Assembly: GCA_051362555.1 (NCBI GenBank)
Contig: CM120646.1
Location: 9,548,001 to 9,612,000 of the forward strand
DNA: 64,000 bases
Direction: 5' to 3'
Source of the DNA: Lingula anatina
Lineage: Eukaryota > Animalia > Brachiopoda
The notes under the pieces: model-generated
Databases searched by the model: none
Seen by the model: only the letters and a program-made list of their open reading frames with translations
What the model was told of the DNA's origin: nothing
Translations under genes and position numbers: made by a program
In this document: positions 51,313 through 64,000 of the stretch, in pieces
Position numbering within the stretch: position 1 is the first letter of the stretch
How the letters are laid out: each line of letters opens with the position of its first letter

Positions 51313-53750
51313 TAGTCGTGTGCGCTTCACAGCTTCCATCAAAGCTGAATTAGCCTGTTTGAATTTGATTCATACCTGTCTATTACAATTCTGGAGGTAG
51401 GGGGCATTTCTTTTCTTTTTTTTTTTCTCGCAGCGCGTTAAAAAACATCGGTTTTTTTTATTTAAACCGAGAGACTGAAATTTAACAACGTGAAAGAGTC
51501 CCGGGTTCTTTCACAAGCGTTTTTAATTGTACTAAAAATCAGTTGTCATTCTTTTTCTGGATATGATGTAAAATGACTAAACATGAATTAACGTTGTTGT
51601 CGATGTTCGTTGCTCCATAATCCTTTCTTTGCTCAGACGAAATCGGAACTTCGTATACGAACTGAACATATTTCTTTAATCACTCATGTACTTTTACACC
51701 CAATGAATATTTTTGGGTCATTTTTAGAGAACGAATGGTATAAAAAGTAAAACCTTGCCATCTTTTTCATGAGCTACGGAGAGAGAAAGGCCGAGATAAT
51801 GATGTTAGTGACCAGGTAAAATTAAAAACTACCGGTTTTGTTTGTTTCTTATAAAGGGCCGGGGCAATAAGTAGCCCGTCTCTGTATATTGACAGGAGCG
51901 TGCGTGAAAACTGTTTTTTTTTTTTTTTCAAATAAACTACACAATTAAAACTGTCAAATTAAAACTGAAAACAATTTTATGCAATGCGTTAACAATCTTT
52001 CGAGCTTTAATATGCGATATATTTTTAGTACTTCATAAGTATAAAAAATCCAGATTTCAATAACGTGTGAATAGGAATAAGTCGGGCTGGTTTAATCAAA
52101 GACTTGAAATTCTTGGTTTAATTTAATGAAGTTGTTCGTTAAACATTTTATACTGTATTTCATAATATTAGTAAAAATTATCTTTATATATATATAAAAT
52201 GGATGCTACGTTAATATTCTGCGTGCAGTATATTAATGTTTCATAAGTGACACTAATGAAGCTTTTTTCTCTCGGTATTTTTTCAACTAATCTATTATAG
52301 AGAAACATCTCTCACTCGTTTCTATAACCCAGATTAGGTAAAAATCTTCCGTAGTTTTGAGCTCAGGTCGAGAAAAGTCTGTTTGTCAGCAGATAAGTCA
52401 AAGGGGTTCAAACAGAGGAACCGGAGGCGGTAGGCGAGTCTTGACATTCCTCTCTTTTAGTACGTAAACAAAAGAAGTGCACGCAAAAAATTTGTGTACG
52501 AGGCAACTTCATATCTTGGCTTCCTTTTTTTTTTTTGCCCTTAGAAATACCCACAGATACTGAGCTTACTTAAGCCCCGATTTAAGGATCATTCACAAGT
52601 AAACTCAGTACCGAAATGCCGTATAGTTCCATTCCTATTGTTCAACCTCTCCCGCTCTCTCTCTTCATTTATTTTAATATATTTTAATCTCCATGTACGT
52701 AACAATGATTTAGAATTTACTAGATATGGAATCAGAAATTGATACAGGGTTGATATAAAAAGTCGTTCCATTTTCTGTTGAACTGGATCTTTTAATGGTA
52801 GACAGTAACGGGTCTTCTCAATTTCTGTAGAGAGCAATACTCCATACGCTGTCTACTATAGAGACTAGATTTGTTAATTTTATTCATACAAGGCAGCCTA
52901 TCTTCAATTTTGAAGACTAATATTTGGTTTATGTGACATAATCACAACATTAATGGCTTAATTCAAAATATATTGCGGGAAGGTCTCCTCCTCACACACC
53001 TACGGCTGCCCAGGGTAGTTGGAGCGCGGGCTATAAAAAGGAATGGTGTTTTTAAAGCCCCCTGCCCACTTTTTTCACGTCAACACAGGAAGGGACAGGC
53101 TTCTATTTCTTCTTCTCCTTCTTCTTTTTTGTGGGAGCGCAAACTGGTCGAAATTTACACTTTTTGAGACCTTTCCTGCCGTCCGTAAGCACAACCAGTA
53201 CAACGCATGAATTTTGTGCTAGTCGTCACAATGAGACCGAGACCGCAGCACAGGCAAAACACTGCAGCCTAAGCAGTGGCTGGTTTAGGGGGGTCTCAGG
53301 GGGGGGGGTCCTACCCCCCCCCCCCCCTTCAGTTCCTGGATATCAAACCACACCAATACTCCTCTCTTGACTAGCTTAATCATAGTTCTAGACCGTAGCA
53401 AATGGCACTGTTCGCCCTCTAACATACCAAAAATTGTCGGTACCCTTCAGCGGGCCCCGAACCCCACGTCAAAGGGGATGGAGGAGGGGGCGAGGGTCGG
53501 CTTCGCATCTGAAGCCTGTCATCCGTAAAGCAAACTGTTACCATTCGTGCATGATAACTGGTTATTCACTGGTACATGGAAGTATTGGCAAGTGTGACCG
53601 CCCATCACACAATCCCAGCAGTCGAGTTAAAACTGGCGGCGAATGAGCATGTGTTCGAACTTGACATTTTTCCTCCTATTCCTAATCTGGCATGGTTGAT
53701 CAACTTTGTTCAGGTGTAGATACGGTGAGCTGAAAACTTAAAACTTAAAA

Positions 53751-54013
53751 TTGTCGTAAAATCGCTATATGATTTTAAAACCGGGTGCATAAATTTGAAA
53801 ACCACCTAGAGCAACCTTAGACTGTAGGCCTACTCTTACTTTAGAGTACTCTATTTTATTGTCTCTATGGACCGACATTCGGTTTGAATGCTTTAACCAC
53901 TTTTGATAGGGCTTTTTTGCGTTGTATTAGATTAATGTGACAGTCTAAGGTTGTTCTAGTGGTTTTCAAATTTATGCACCCTGTTTTTAAATCATATAGC
54001 GATTTTACGACAA
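53751..54013. mobile_element. Inverted repeat with ~75-bp arms (MITE-like)
   Basis: ttgtcgtaaaatcgctatatga..caaccttagactgt versus acagtctaaggttg..tcatatagcgattttacgacaa. Confidence 0.8.
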
Positions 54014-56986
54014 ATCGTTTACTATCTAATCAAGGTGACAGCCGAGCGTGCTTGAGCCTGCGGTCGTCCTACAAAATTTGTTCTGGGGTATGATACTCCG
54101 AAATGCGATCTGACACACACCTTGAAAACGGGTAGTGTGGTCCGATATACCGGTTAATTCAGGATCCTTATGTGCCGAGTCTGGTAGTTGGGTAGGCCTG
54201 AAGGTGGGGTTCCACGTAAGCGAACCCCCCCCCCCCCCCCCCCCCCCACCGTTAAACGCCTATTTCTTTTATAAGGCCAGGAAGTCCTAAACTACATTTT
54301 ACTGAAACTGCTGCCATAAATGATAGAGTTGACTGAAATTACAGACAGCTTGCTTGTGAACATAAGGGTTATCAAGGTTACAGTACAGGGAGGGGCGAGA
54401 TACGGCACATAGTAAACCAATATCTATGGTTCCTCGCTGCACATTATGTTGTTGGTGTGCGTCGTCTTTACAACCGGAAAGAGAAAATGTGTACATTCAC
54501 CTACACGTAGGTGCAGTACAGTGTACAGTACTTCGGGGCTGGGAGTTCAGCCGCCTTGGAGAAATAATAAAACTGGTCTAGCTGAGCCCCACATTACACA
54601 TGCATATTATGTTCAGGTGAGGGAGATCTGCTTGAAATCGATCTTACAGTTTTCAGTCCAAAAATGCTGCTGCTACGTCATCAGCTCGAGTAAGCAAAGC
54701 ATCCGCGGACCCCCCCCCCCTTCAAATAATCCTTGATCCTGGATCTATATCGGGCAATGGACATCAAACAATACCGGTAGACCTACCATCCCAGAAAATT
54801 AAAAAAAAAGGGAGTGTAAAAAATAACTTCTTTTCCTTTTAAATAATGAACACTGGGATCCTTCTAAATAATGAACAATTCAAATCCTTTTCAACCAAAA
54901 TATTATCAATCTGTATTTGAACTAAAAATCAAAAGATCTAGGCCGAAATAGCTTGAACGTAGCGCTGAACTGGGATGCGCTTGATGTGCCCCGATTCTCC
55001 TCCGATGGGTGTGTTAGTTGTGACAGATATGTTGATTGTGTTTTCACTGCGGGTCTTTTTTTTCATCAACAGACTTGTTCATTCGGATCGGAATACTATT
55101 TTCAAGCATTTCGCACGATATGGAATATATCTAGGAATATTAACGACGTAAGAAAATGTCATCTTCTCCCATTCAATTGCCACTGGCACCTCGCCTTACA
55201 TATGCAAAGACTCAGTGAAGATCTTTCGGGATGGGAAAGCGCAGAATACATATAGTTTTGCAAGTTAACACAATCGAAGAGGACTGCATTTTAGTTTATT
55301 TGGTAAGTATAAAGACTTTGCTTCCCTTCTGATAAATGCTCTAAGACTTCTGGTTTGTGATAACAAACAAATCTTATCTACATTCGTGTCTTTCATTCTG
55401 TTTCTACAAAATCATAGATCTAATCAACACAAAACGGTGTTCAGTCATCCAAGTTTTCCTGAAGTCAAAGTCGTCGGGTAGACATTTATTTGGGCTTGTT
55501 GTATACAAGTCGTTCTCCCAGATAATCCGGGAGTCTCCTGAATACAGAAGGAATGTCCCCGTCACCCGTACAGGTTACCAAATCTCCCAGATAAAAGCGA
55601 CTTTGAAAATTTGCACCACTGTCAGCTAACGCCCTGTCGATTTATCTTCAGAATAGTTGGGTGATCTTGAAAACTTCATAATTCTCTTCTAATTGTTTGA
55701 GATAGGGGTCACCCACCCCCACCCCCAACTGAGCACCTGACCACAACGGCAGCAGCCCCCCCCCCCCCCCCCCCCCCACTCTTATTGAGCAAAATTTTAG
55801 AATCTCCAGATGTTAGATTTATAGAGGTGGGCATCTCTGTTATTAGACACCTGGCGGGATCAGGTATATAATATATATATGTGAGTGGAAAAGCAGGAAA
55901 TCACATGCCTAGAAAACTTTAATTATATCTGGTTTTCTTAGAATGTGTTTCCAAAGTAACAAAATTCCCATGGATACCCATCTGTTGCTGCATGATTGTC
56001 AAATATAGCCTTATGGGCTATTTTAAAAATATTGAATGAAATTTTAGAAAATTTGTAAAAATTGCTGCAATTTAAAACTTATAACACTGTTTTATCTCTC
56101 AATAAGATTGTTCATAACTGCAAAAAAAAAAAAAAAAAAAAAAAAGGTTATTAAAAAAAAAAAAGTAAAAGTGAAAAGCTGAAAATATTGCCAAAATGTC
56201 ATGAATGTAACACTGTGTAGCTGCAATTGATTCAAACTTTTTAAAAGTCACATTATTTAAAAACTGTCCATGGTATTTGTTCAACTTATTGCTTGTAGTT
56301 AAAGAAGTTCTCCACCAGATCAAACCCTCCCCCCCTCCCCCCCCCCCCCCCCATGAATTTTCTTGGGGTAAAGAGCAATTTTCTCCTACTCAGTAAGTGC
56401 TGCTTGACCCGTTCTACACTTGGATTGTATGTTTATTCCGTTTTTTGTTTAAACTGACTGGCCAGTAAAATAGATCATCTACGGTCACACACATTGCCTA
56501 GTTTTCACACAAGAAAATAGGTTGTTCAGTATTGCAGCCCTGTGCCATGTATAATTATAGACCTTGCAAGCTGGCACTGGCTACGTGAAGAGACTAAGAA
56601 AATAATAATGACACTAGGTATGTGCCAGATAGGTGACTTTTGATCTAATTTTTTATTCAATATAACTGTTATATGATGATTCTAAAAAGAAATTTGACAG
56701 AGTCATTGTCTTGTTATTACAAATAGTAATGCAGTAGTGAAAAAGTCTAGTCTATTCAAAAATTTACTTGGACCTCAGTAAATCCAGTAGATTTTAGGAA
56801 ACTGGTGGTCCAATTGGCCAGAAAACTGAAAAGTTTATGGCAAAGATTGCACTAATAAAGGAACCTTTTTTTCAAATTTAATGATCAATATCAAATTTAC
56901 CAAAATATAGCTTAAATAATTTTTTTCTATTGTGTTACTTGTATAAGATTTTCGTAAATTTATACTTTTTAAACCATCAGTTAAAG

Positions 56987-59900
56987 CAAGGAGTTATAAC
57001 AGAAGGAGATTACACGCGTGGGGGCGGAGCCCGTATTACGGTCTCTCATTGGTCGGAATGAATAGAACCCAGAGAACAATGGATGCCTATCTCTGTTACG
57101 CTTAATTGTTGCTCTCGTTTAAATCTCGTTTGTTAGTATCTGTGCCTTCGTCTGTTGATTTTTGAGGACAGAAACAGAAACGGAGTCCCAAGTTTCTAAA
57201 AAATGAGAGAAATACAGAATTTATATGATATTACGTTGGACAAGGTTTTCAAAAAACAGGTAAGTGCTTTTAAATGCATAACTACACGAAATATGAAGAT
57301 AAATTGCAACTTTTATGTCGTAGGGTCTCACTGTGTAAGTGTCCAGCTACACGTTGATCTCGCGAGGTGGTGTGTGGAGAATAAATATTGCACGAAAAAT
57401 ATTTCCCACTCATAACAAGTGCCTATAAATATAGTATCAGATGAAGAAAGTTTGGTCTTTATACAGTTGCAATTGTTAAGTAATTTGTGGCAATAGCAAA
57501 GAATAAAACTTAGGTGCACTTTCAGTAGCCGAATAACAAGCAGATGCTTAAGCCGCCATCTTGTTAATATTTCGAAAAAAAATTACTCCAAAAGACATTT
57601 TCCTCCTACTTTTTGAAACTTGTGTCACATGACAGTCATAAAATTTAACTAATTGTTATGTGTGCAACACACTTGCTTGAGCAGTATTGTTTTTTTATGC
57701 GATTTTACATGTGGTCTAGCTTGGATACGACAATTGACAATTTTCATGAGTTCCGATCAAAAAGTGTTACGCTTGTTACGGCCAAAAGCCTTACCGCTTT
57801 TTGTACTTTTCAAATGCAAGATTATAAAAAAATTTGGTGTGTTTAGATTCTTGAACATCTTGGTCGTGGCGTGGTATATATTGCATGGATACTGCTCCAA
57901 TATTTCTTGAAAAAAATAACCTGATTTGTTCAGAATACCAATTTTTTACTCTAGTGTTATGGGTAAATGTACCATTTTGGCCTTTACCTTTTTCATGTTT
58001 AAATCTAAAAAGACTTATCATGACAGTTGGTCATCATTTTTCTTCTCACCATGGTGGGTGGCTTTGGAGTGGTAACTTTGTTGTTAAAGTAAAGTGCTCA
58101 GTTTTTTTGACTGGAAAATTTTGCCTCCACCCAGCATTTTCCATCATGGCGGTCTAACAGGAAGTTTGACTTCACAGTGTCTTTGGTATAGTTATTTTTA
58201 ACTTATTTAGTCTTCTTTTTACATATGTATGTTTTAATTCATATTAAACCTTTGAAAAAAGAACACACATGAATCCTGGTGCTTCTTAATTTAAAGTCTT
58301 AAGGTTTTAAGTTCACCTAGGCTCCACCAATTACTTAACCTGTTATCTCACTACACATCTCTCTTTGAGTCAAGGTGTGTAAGACACCTTATTGTGTAAG
58401 ACACCTCTATAATTAAGGGGTACTTGCTTCTCTACTTAAATTATACTTCACTACTTTGGCATGTTCGGTGGCAAGCTTGGATGTTTCAGTTCATTTTAAG
58501 AAAGAAGCTTTGCCTTGGTGGTTACAAAAGAATAGAACTCTATTAAGGTTTATTCATTACTTGAAATTAAATATTTCATCTTGTAGTGTTGAAACAGAAA
58601 TTCTCTCAAAATTGATAATGAATTTGACATGCATATCTTAACACTACTCAAGTTTTTTTTTCTATTATAGATGTGGGAGAAGGCTGCATTGAATATATGA
58701 ATTATGGTCAGGCTGGAAAAAATTAAAATATGTCAATGAAAAAAGGAGGTCAGTGTGTCTGGGGTAAGTTACTTTTGTCATAATGCCTAAGATGCATTAA
58801 ACATTCACTAACAACAGTACCCTTTTTAATTTTTTTTTTCAAAATACAACAACCTTGGGCATTTTCCTTTTAGCAACCAGCCTCTCTGAAATCCCCTTTT
58901 TGTCCTGTCAGAAGAGTAGGAACCAGGGCAGATTTAAATAATTTCTTGTAATAAGTACAATTTCTTTCAGTTTCTTGGGGTTATTAGCTTGTGATCATGA
59001 ATCTTGATGTTCTATATAAATTTAGTTGTAAATTGTTCATTTATGTGGTGAACATTATTTCAGTCAAGTCATAACAAGACACATTAAACTTCACTGCGTA
59101 ATTCCATAATGTCTACATGGATACAAGTAGTTCATAATGCTATTATTATGTTTTTTTTTCTAACCTACAGGTTTCTCTCTTTTCTGAGTGGCATGGCATT
59201 AGCAAGGCAGAAGAAAAGGCCCTGAAGAAATTCTCACTTGAGTTGTCCTTTTTGGAGAAGAAACTGGATAAGACTGGCCAACAGAGATTGCATTAAATTA
59301 ATAGTGCTCCTTTATGACATTTTAAAATATTTTCAGTCGCCTAACTGACTCTATACATTGCAAAAGTGGACATAAATTTTATGTTACTGTTATGTGGAAA
59401 AAAATTCAAAACCTATATATAAATTGTTGAGTGCCATGGTATAACAGTCTACCTGATTGCCAGTGAAATTTCTGTTTCTGTGAAATTTCTTTAAAGCAGT
59501 CACTTACTGCTTACTTACCAGTTAATTTTTTCAGCTGTTACATTTTATAAATGTTCTTACTAAGTGTTGTCTTGATCTATAATAACCTTTTGAAAATCCC
59601 ATGTTTTTTATCCTATTTGTAAGAATTAACCACTTTATCTTCTAGGATTTTTTTTTCATTCGGCCCATTAGATTCTCAGACCTTGCTGGCCTGTAAGTGG
59701 AATAGTATCTGGGACAGACTGGTATCAGCAAGTCAGATAAAAAAGAATATAATTATTTCTATTTGCACGGTTGAAAAAAATGCCATCATAGACTGCATAA
59801 AACTGGAAAACTGTAGCAACTTAATCATTCTTATGACTTCATTTATTACTGCTTATGTGTAAAATTTTTGTTTTTGTTCTTCTATTGATATAATAAAATG

Positions 59901-60870
59901 GTTTCACTCACAGATGCTACTTTCATGAGTATAGAGTATAGAGTGCTTGAGTATAGAGTTGACTTAAAAGATATTTTAAGTTAATATAGTAAATAATAGT
60001 TTGAAATTCAATATTCTCATCTTTATTTGTTTCACTTTAAAGAGCTCAGTGAATACTAAAATTTCTGATATGTTTTGTACATAAATATATTTATGAATGA
60101 ATAAAAATTATTCTTAATGTATAGCACTGTGCACTTGTTTACCGACAAATATGAACAGTGTTAGTACGTGTCAAATAATCCTGAAAAAAAGGGAAATTTC
60201 CAAGATAAAGAAATTTATAACGAGTATTCAGTAAACTGACGTGTCGTGGCATTGCCTCAACCTTGGATTAAAATTTTAATTAAATGCATTATAATATTAA
60301 AATTATACCGAGTGAGAGAAAAAATACTTTAAGAAATTAAAAACCAGACACAAAGCGTAGGCACTGTCACAATGTATATGTTTATGGGACCTAAGGGCAG
60401 GAGGGTCCAAACGTTAATGTATTAATATTATGTCCTTTGGCAGTGAGGACAGACGTTCACTTGAATGTCATTTTCACAAACCACAGTTGGGACGTTTTCT
60501 TTTGACTTCTCCTTGGTGATTTTTCACCGGGTTGTGCCATAAAAAAGCCATCTATCACCGACTTAAAAAAGCTCATGGCGACCATCCTCAGTCACCACCT
60601 TATAATCGCTTTCTATGACATCGTTCCCTTCCAGCACATCGTCCAAATAATTACCTGTGAAAAAAATCGTCAGCATACAGCGGCGCTTTGACATTACTGA
60701 TCTCGAATTCTAACGCGAAATAACGCATATGAAATTTATCTCCAAGCTGAGGAGAGCGACGCAGACGAAACCTTGAGACCGGAGGCCCCCCGTAGCTAGC
60801 TCCGCCCACCGTAACAGACATCGGACAAAAGAAAGGCTTGCGTGTAATCTCCTTCTGTTATAACTCCTTG
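56987..60870. mobile_element. P-element-like non-autonomous DNA transposon (3884 bp)
   Basis: Perfect 31-bp TIR CAAGGAGTTATAACAGAAGGAGATTACACGC; 7-bp TSD GTTAAAG at 56980-56986 and 60871-60877; subterminal GGGCGGAGC at both ends. Confidence 0.85.
57203..59296 (+). pseudogene. Spliced cargo gene remnant inside the P-like element (exons ..57259, 58671-58763, 59171-59296)
   Basis: Two GTAAGT donors and two polyT-YAG acceptors, all phase 0. The last exon is open (VSLFSEWHGISKAEEKALKKFSLELSFLEKKLDKTGQQRLH*); the middle exon has two TGA. Confidence 0.4.
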
Positions 60871-61313
60871 GTTAAAGTTACGTTTTTGTGTCATCACAAG
60901 TGCCTTTGGATGGCAAAGGGGGTTAATGCCTTTCCATTGTGGTCCTCATGTCAAATATATACATATGTGAGGAGTGTAACTATGCTAAATGCAGGGATAT
61001 TTTATCCCACTGGAAATGAAGCAGTGGGATTTTTGCCTATGAGTGGGATTTTTTTGGTAATCATGTTTTAATACCTTTGATGGTCATCAATATTGTAATA
61101 CTAGAGGTAAATTACATATTTATGACAATAAACATTGATTGGTGCTTTATTCTTTTTTTTCTTATCCAATCTGATTTTTTTCTCTTTAATAACAATAAAA
61201 CCCCTAGTGATATTTCAAACCACATCCATATCAGGAGGGCCTGTTTTATTGACAGAAACAACAGTTTAATTCTCATGCACTGTCTCTTAAAAGCAAAGTC
61301 AGTTTACTTTTGA

Positions 61314-62334
61314 TTATGGAAAATAACCCTCTGCTTTTTTTGGCCTCCATTTTTTGAGACAACTAACAAAATCAAAGTAATCCATTCCTTCTATTTTTAT
61401 TCTCATGAGTGCATCAATATTCTCTGGATTGAGTCTATTTCTTAGTGCAGTTGTAATTAAATTTTTCGCAATCCGCTGTGTGCACTGGATGTGCCAGTGC
61501 CAAAGAGGCTAACATTGTGAGATTTGGAAATTGATCCTTATGATCAGCAGCTATCAATTCCCAGAGTTTTGCATTTGAATGCCTTGGGTAACACTGAGTG
61601 AGAAGATCATTTTTTACAATTCTCCATTCTTTCTTCTCCTCTTGAGCATCAATAAAGGTCTTGGACACAGATTCCTTTGAATTCCTTGTGTGCATTTTCT
61701 CCCCAAAGTGAGATGTCAGCATTTCCATGGATTCATCCCCCCAACACTGCAGCTCATCCTGACTGAGTAGAGAAATGGGCTTCATCCCCAAAACACAGAA
61801 AGAGGACATCAGCTCCTGGTCAGGGAATCTGGGAATAATACAATACAGAACTAAATTTTAAGATGCACACAAAGTAAAAACTTTTTTTTAATAAAAAGAA
61901 ACATTTAATTATTGATTTAAAAATAATTATACATAATAATATTTGGCTATAATTGAAAAAGTCAGTAAATTTGTTATTAATCAAAGCGAGTACTTAAAAG
62001 GAATGAATAATTGAAGAAAACTCATAATTTTTAATGGCACAACTTGTAATGTATTGGGGAAATCAATTAATATCATATGGGTTTAAAATCAAAATATTAA
62101 TTAACTTTTGTCAAGATTATCAAGCATAGCTTGGATGGAATCCCTTTTAGTAACCTCAGTCTTGTACTTTGAGTTTGCAACCACATGGTTCACTTTGAAA
62201 GTAGCTCCAATAAGGTGCTCCTCTAATTGTTTGCTTAAGGTTGGTTGGTCTGGAAGCACAGATCCATCTTTAATGACCTTCAAGTCCATTTTGCAGCTAT
62301 CCACAACTGGCTGGAAGTCGTGTTTAATTTGCAT
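61314..62334 (-). pseudogene. Second ZNF862-like hAT transposase, C-terminal exons; candidate terminus CAGGGATAT at 60992
   Basis: FPDQELMSSFCVLGMKPISLLS..FPNLTMLASLALAHPVHTADCE, then frameshifted RLNPENIDALMRIKIEG..KKW. Aligns with the 7520-9075 protein. Intron at ~61829-62104. Confidence 0.85.
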
Positions 62335-62414
62335 AAATTAATAACAGAAAACTATTTTTGTCAACCTTAAACTGAAAGCTATACTTCTTGTTTGTTTCAG
62401 TATTTTAGGCCACA

Positions 62415-64000
62415 CTTTTTATGTACAGACACAGATGTGTCTGTACATATTGCCATCACCTGCGTCTGTCGTCGCCGTCGTCGCCGATGGCGATGCCGAT
62501 GCCGATGCCGATGCCGTCGCCGTGCACTTTCCTTGTAAACACCATAAGTGGAAGGCAGTTTTACTTTTTGGCTTTATATTTACAGAGCTGATGAATATTC
62601 ATAAAACGCAGGTCAAGTTCGAAAATCAGCATGATCGGGCCATTATTGTAGAAGTTATGCTGTTTTTTCACTTTTCAGCATATATGCAACCTTGTAAACA
62701 CATTTTAAGGAAAACCGTTTGGCCTGTTGTCATGAAACTCACAGGAGTAATCAATCTTACTAAAACGCAGGGCAAGTTCGAAAATCAGCATGATCGGGCC
62801 ACTATTTTAGTAGTTATGCGTTTTTTTCATTGTTCAGCATATATGCAACACTGTAAACACAATATAAGAAAAACAGAAAGCCCAATTGTCATTAAACTCA
62901 CAGGAACGGTCAGTCTTACTAAAACGCAGGTTGAGTTCGAAAATCAGCATAATTGGGGCATTATTTTAGAAGTTATGCTGTTTTTTCACATTTCCTCAGA
63001 TTTCCTCAGATTTAATTCTTAGGCATGTTAATAGCCTTATTATTTAAGTAATAAGATACGTAAAAGTGTTTGTTTGACATTTCCTGAATCTTTACAACAT
63101 TGTTAGTTGATTATGTAAAAATGATGGTAAACTTGTTATCGTGTATTGTGTAATAAAGTGTCAAAAATGGAAATAAACTCATATCATTGCAGTTTGTCAG
63201 ATTCAATCATTCACTATGTTCAGAATCTCAGAATGGAAGAAATTGGACATTTAACACTGTTCTATTGATATTCTTCACATCTCATCAATTTTCTTAGTTG
63301 ATCTTATAAAAATGGCAGTAACCTATTAATTTTGTTTTATGTTAAAAAAGTGTTAAAAATGGAAATAAACCCATTTCAGAACAGTGCAGTCTTGTTTACA
63401 TTTTGGCATTTTTAAGGCGTGACTTTGAAGTTCCATCGGCCTAAAAACATTTGTTAGTCATGTTTACTATTTGTCCATGATACTAATATTTTATTATGAA
63501 AAATTGATGATCATTATGCTGTTAAACATTATGTAATATTGCATCAAAATTTGAAAAAAACCTATTTTGGGCACTGCTCCCATGATGACCATTTAAGAAA
63601 AACCATGTCACTTACTGTTCTCAAACAGTACAGTTAATATGTACAGATGTGTCTGTACATATTGCCATCACCTGCGTCTGTCGTTGCCATCACTGTCGCT
63701 GTCGCCGGCGCCATGCACTTTCATTGTAAACATGATAAGTGGAAGGCAGTTTTACTTTTTGGCTGTATATTTACAGAGCTGATGAATATTCATAAAATGC
63801 AGGTCAAGTTCGAAAATCGGCATGATCGGGCCATTAATGTAGAAGTTATGCTGTTTTTTCACTTTTCAGCATATATGCAACACTGTAAACACATTTCAAG
63901 GAAAACCGATAAGCTTTTTGTCATGAAACTCACAGGAGTAATCGATCTTACTATAACGCAGGTCAAGTTCGAAAACCGGCATGATCGGGCCACTATTTTA
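62415..64000 (+). mobile_element. Two tandem or nested HINE copies (62415-~63630 and ~63636 to window end), same family as 5388-7408
   Basis: Palindrome TGTACAGACACAGATGTGTCTGTACA (shortened in the second copy), (GTC/GCCGAT)n and ~159-bp units (gttcgaaaatcagcat at 62617, 62776, 62935). Confidence 0.88.

Noticed and set aside
50430-52200. Possible Crypton- or Kolobok-like element around the CCAAT-rich repeats
   Set aside because: No matching termini, TSD or coding motif could be verified.
56981-60874. Kolobok/piggyBac assignment from flanking TTAA
   Set aside because: The TTAA is part of a 7-bp direct repeat GTTAAAG, and the perfect inverted repeat starts at CAAGG.
62435-63022. 195-aa ORF
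   Set aside because: Read-through of the HINE microsatellite and 159-bp units; the homologous copy at 5388-7408 has no equivalent frame.

Overview
This is AT-rich eukaryotic DNA, most likely from a mollusc or another lophotrochozoan. That assignment is inferred from an RTE-X-type LINE, a tRNA-headed SINE with Meta/Deu-like domains and Helentron-type non-autonomous elements. No intact conserved cellular gene is recognisable. The window is mostly nested transposons and tandem repeats. These include two decayed ZNF862-like hAT transposase genes; at least six CAG..CTG elements with 5- or 6-bp target-site duplications (TSDs) instead of the usual 8 bp; an Academ-like MITE; HINE/Helentron elements; and an interrupted LINE. 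There is also a 3.6-kb element with ~790-bp terminal inverted repeats (TIRs), a 3.9-kb P-like element carrying spliced cargo, a 2.5-kb LTR element with a non-gag/pol ORF, a 28/29-bp satellite that becomes a 173-bp higher-order repeat, and a 62-bp satellite. An old inverted duplication (~1.1-3.1 kb vs ~20.6-22.9 kb) contains two copies of a 135-nt block missed by the ORF track. The block encodes a Cys-rich peptide with the spacing of 8-Cys mollusc CS-alpha-beta defensins and lies antisense within a small-exon orphan gene. All alignments were done by eye and family assignments come from motif recognition, not database searches.
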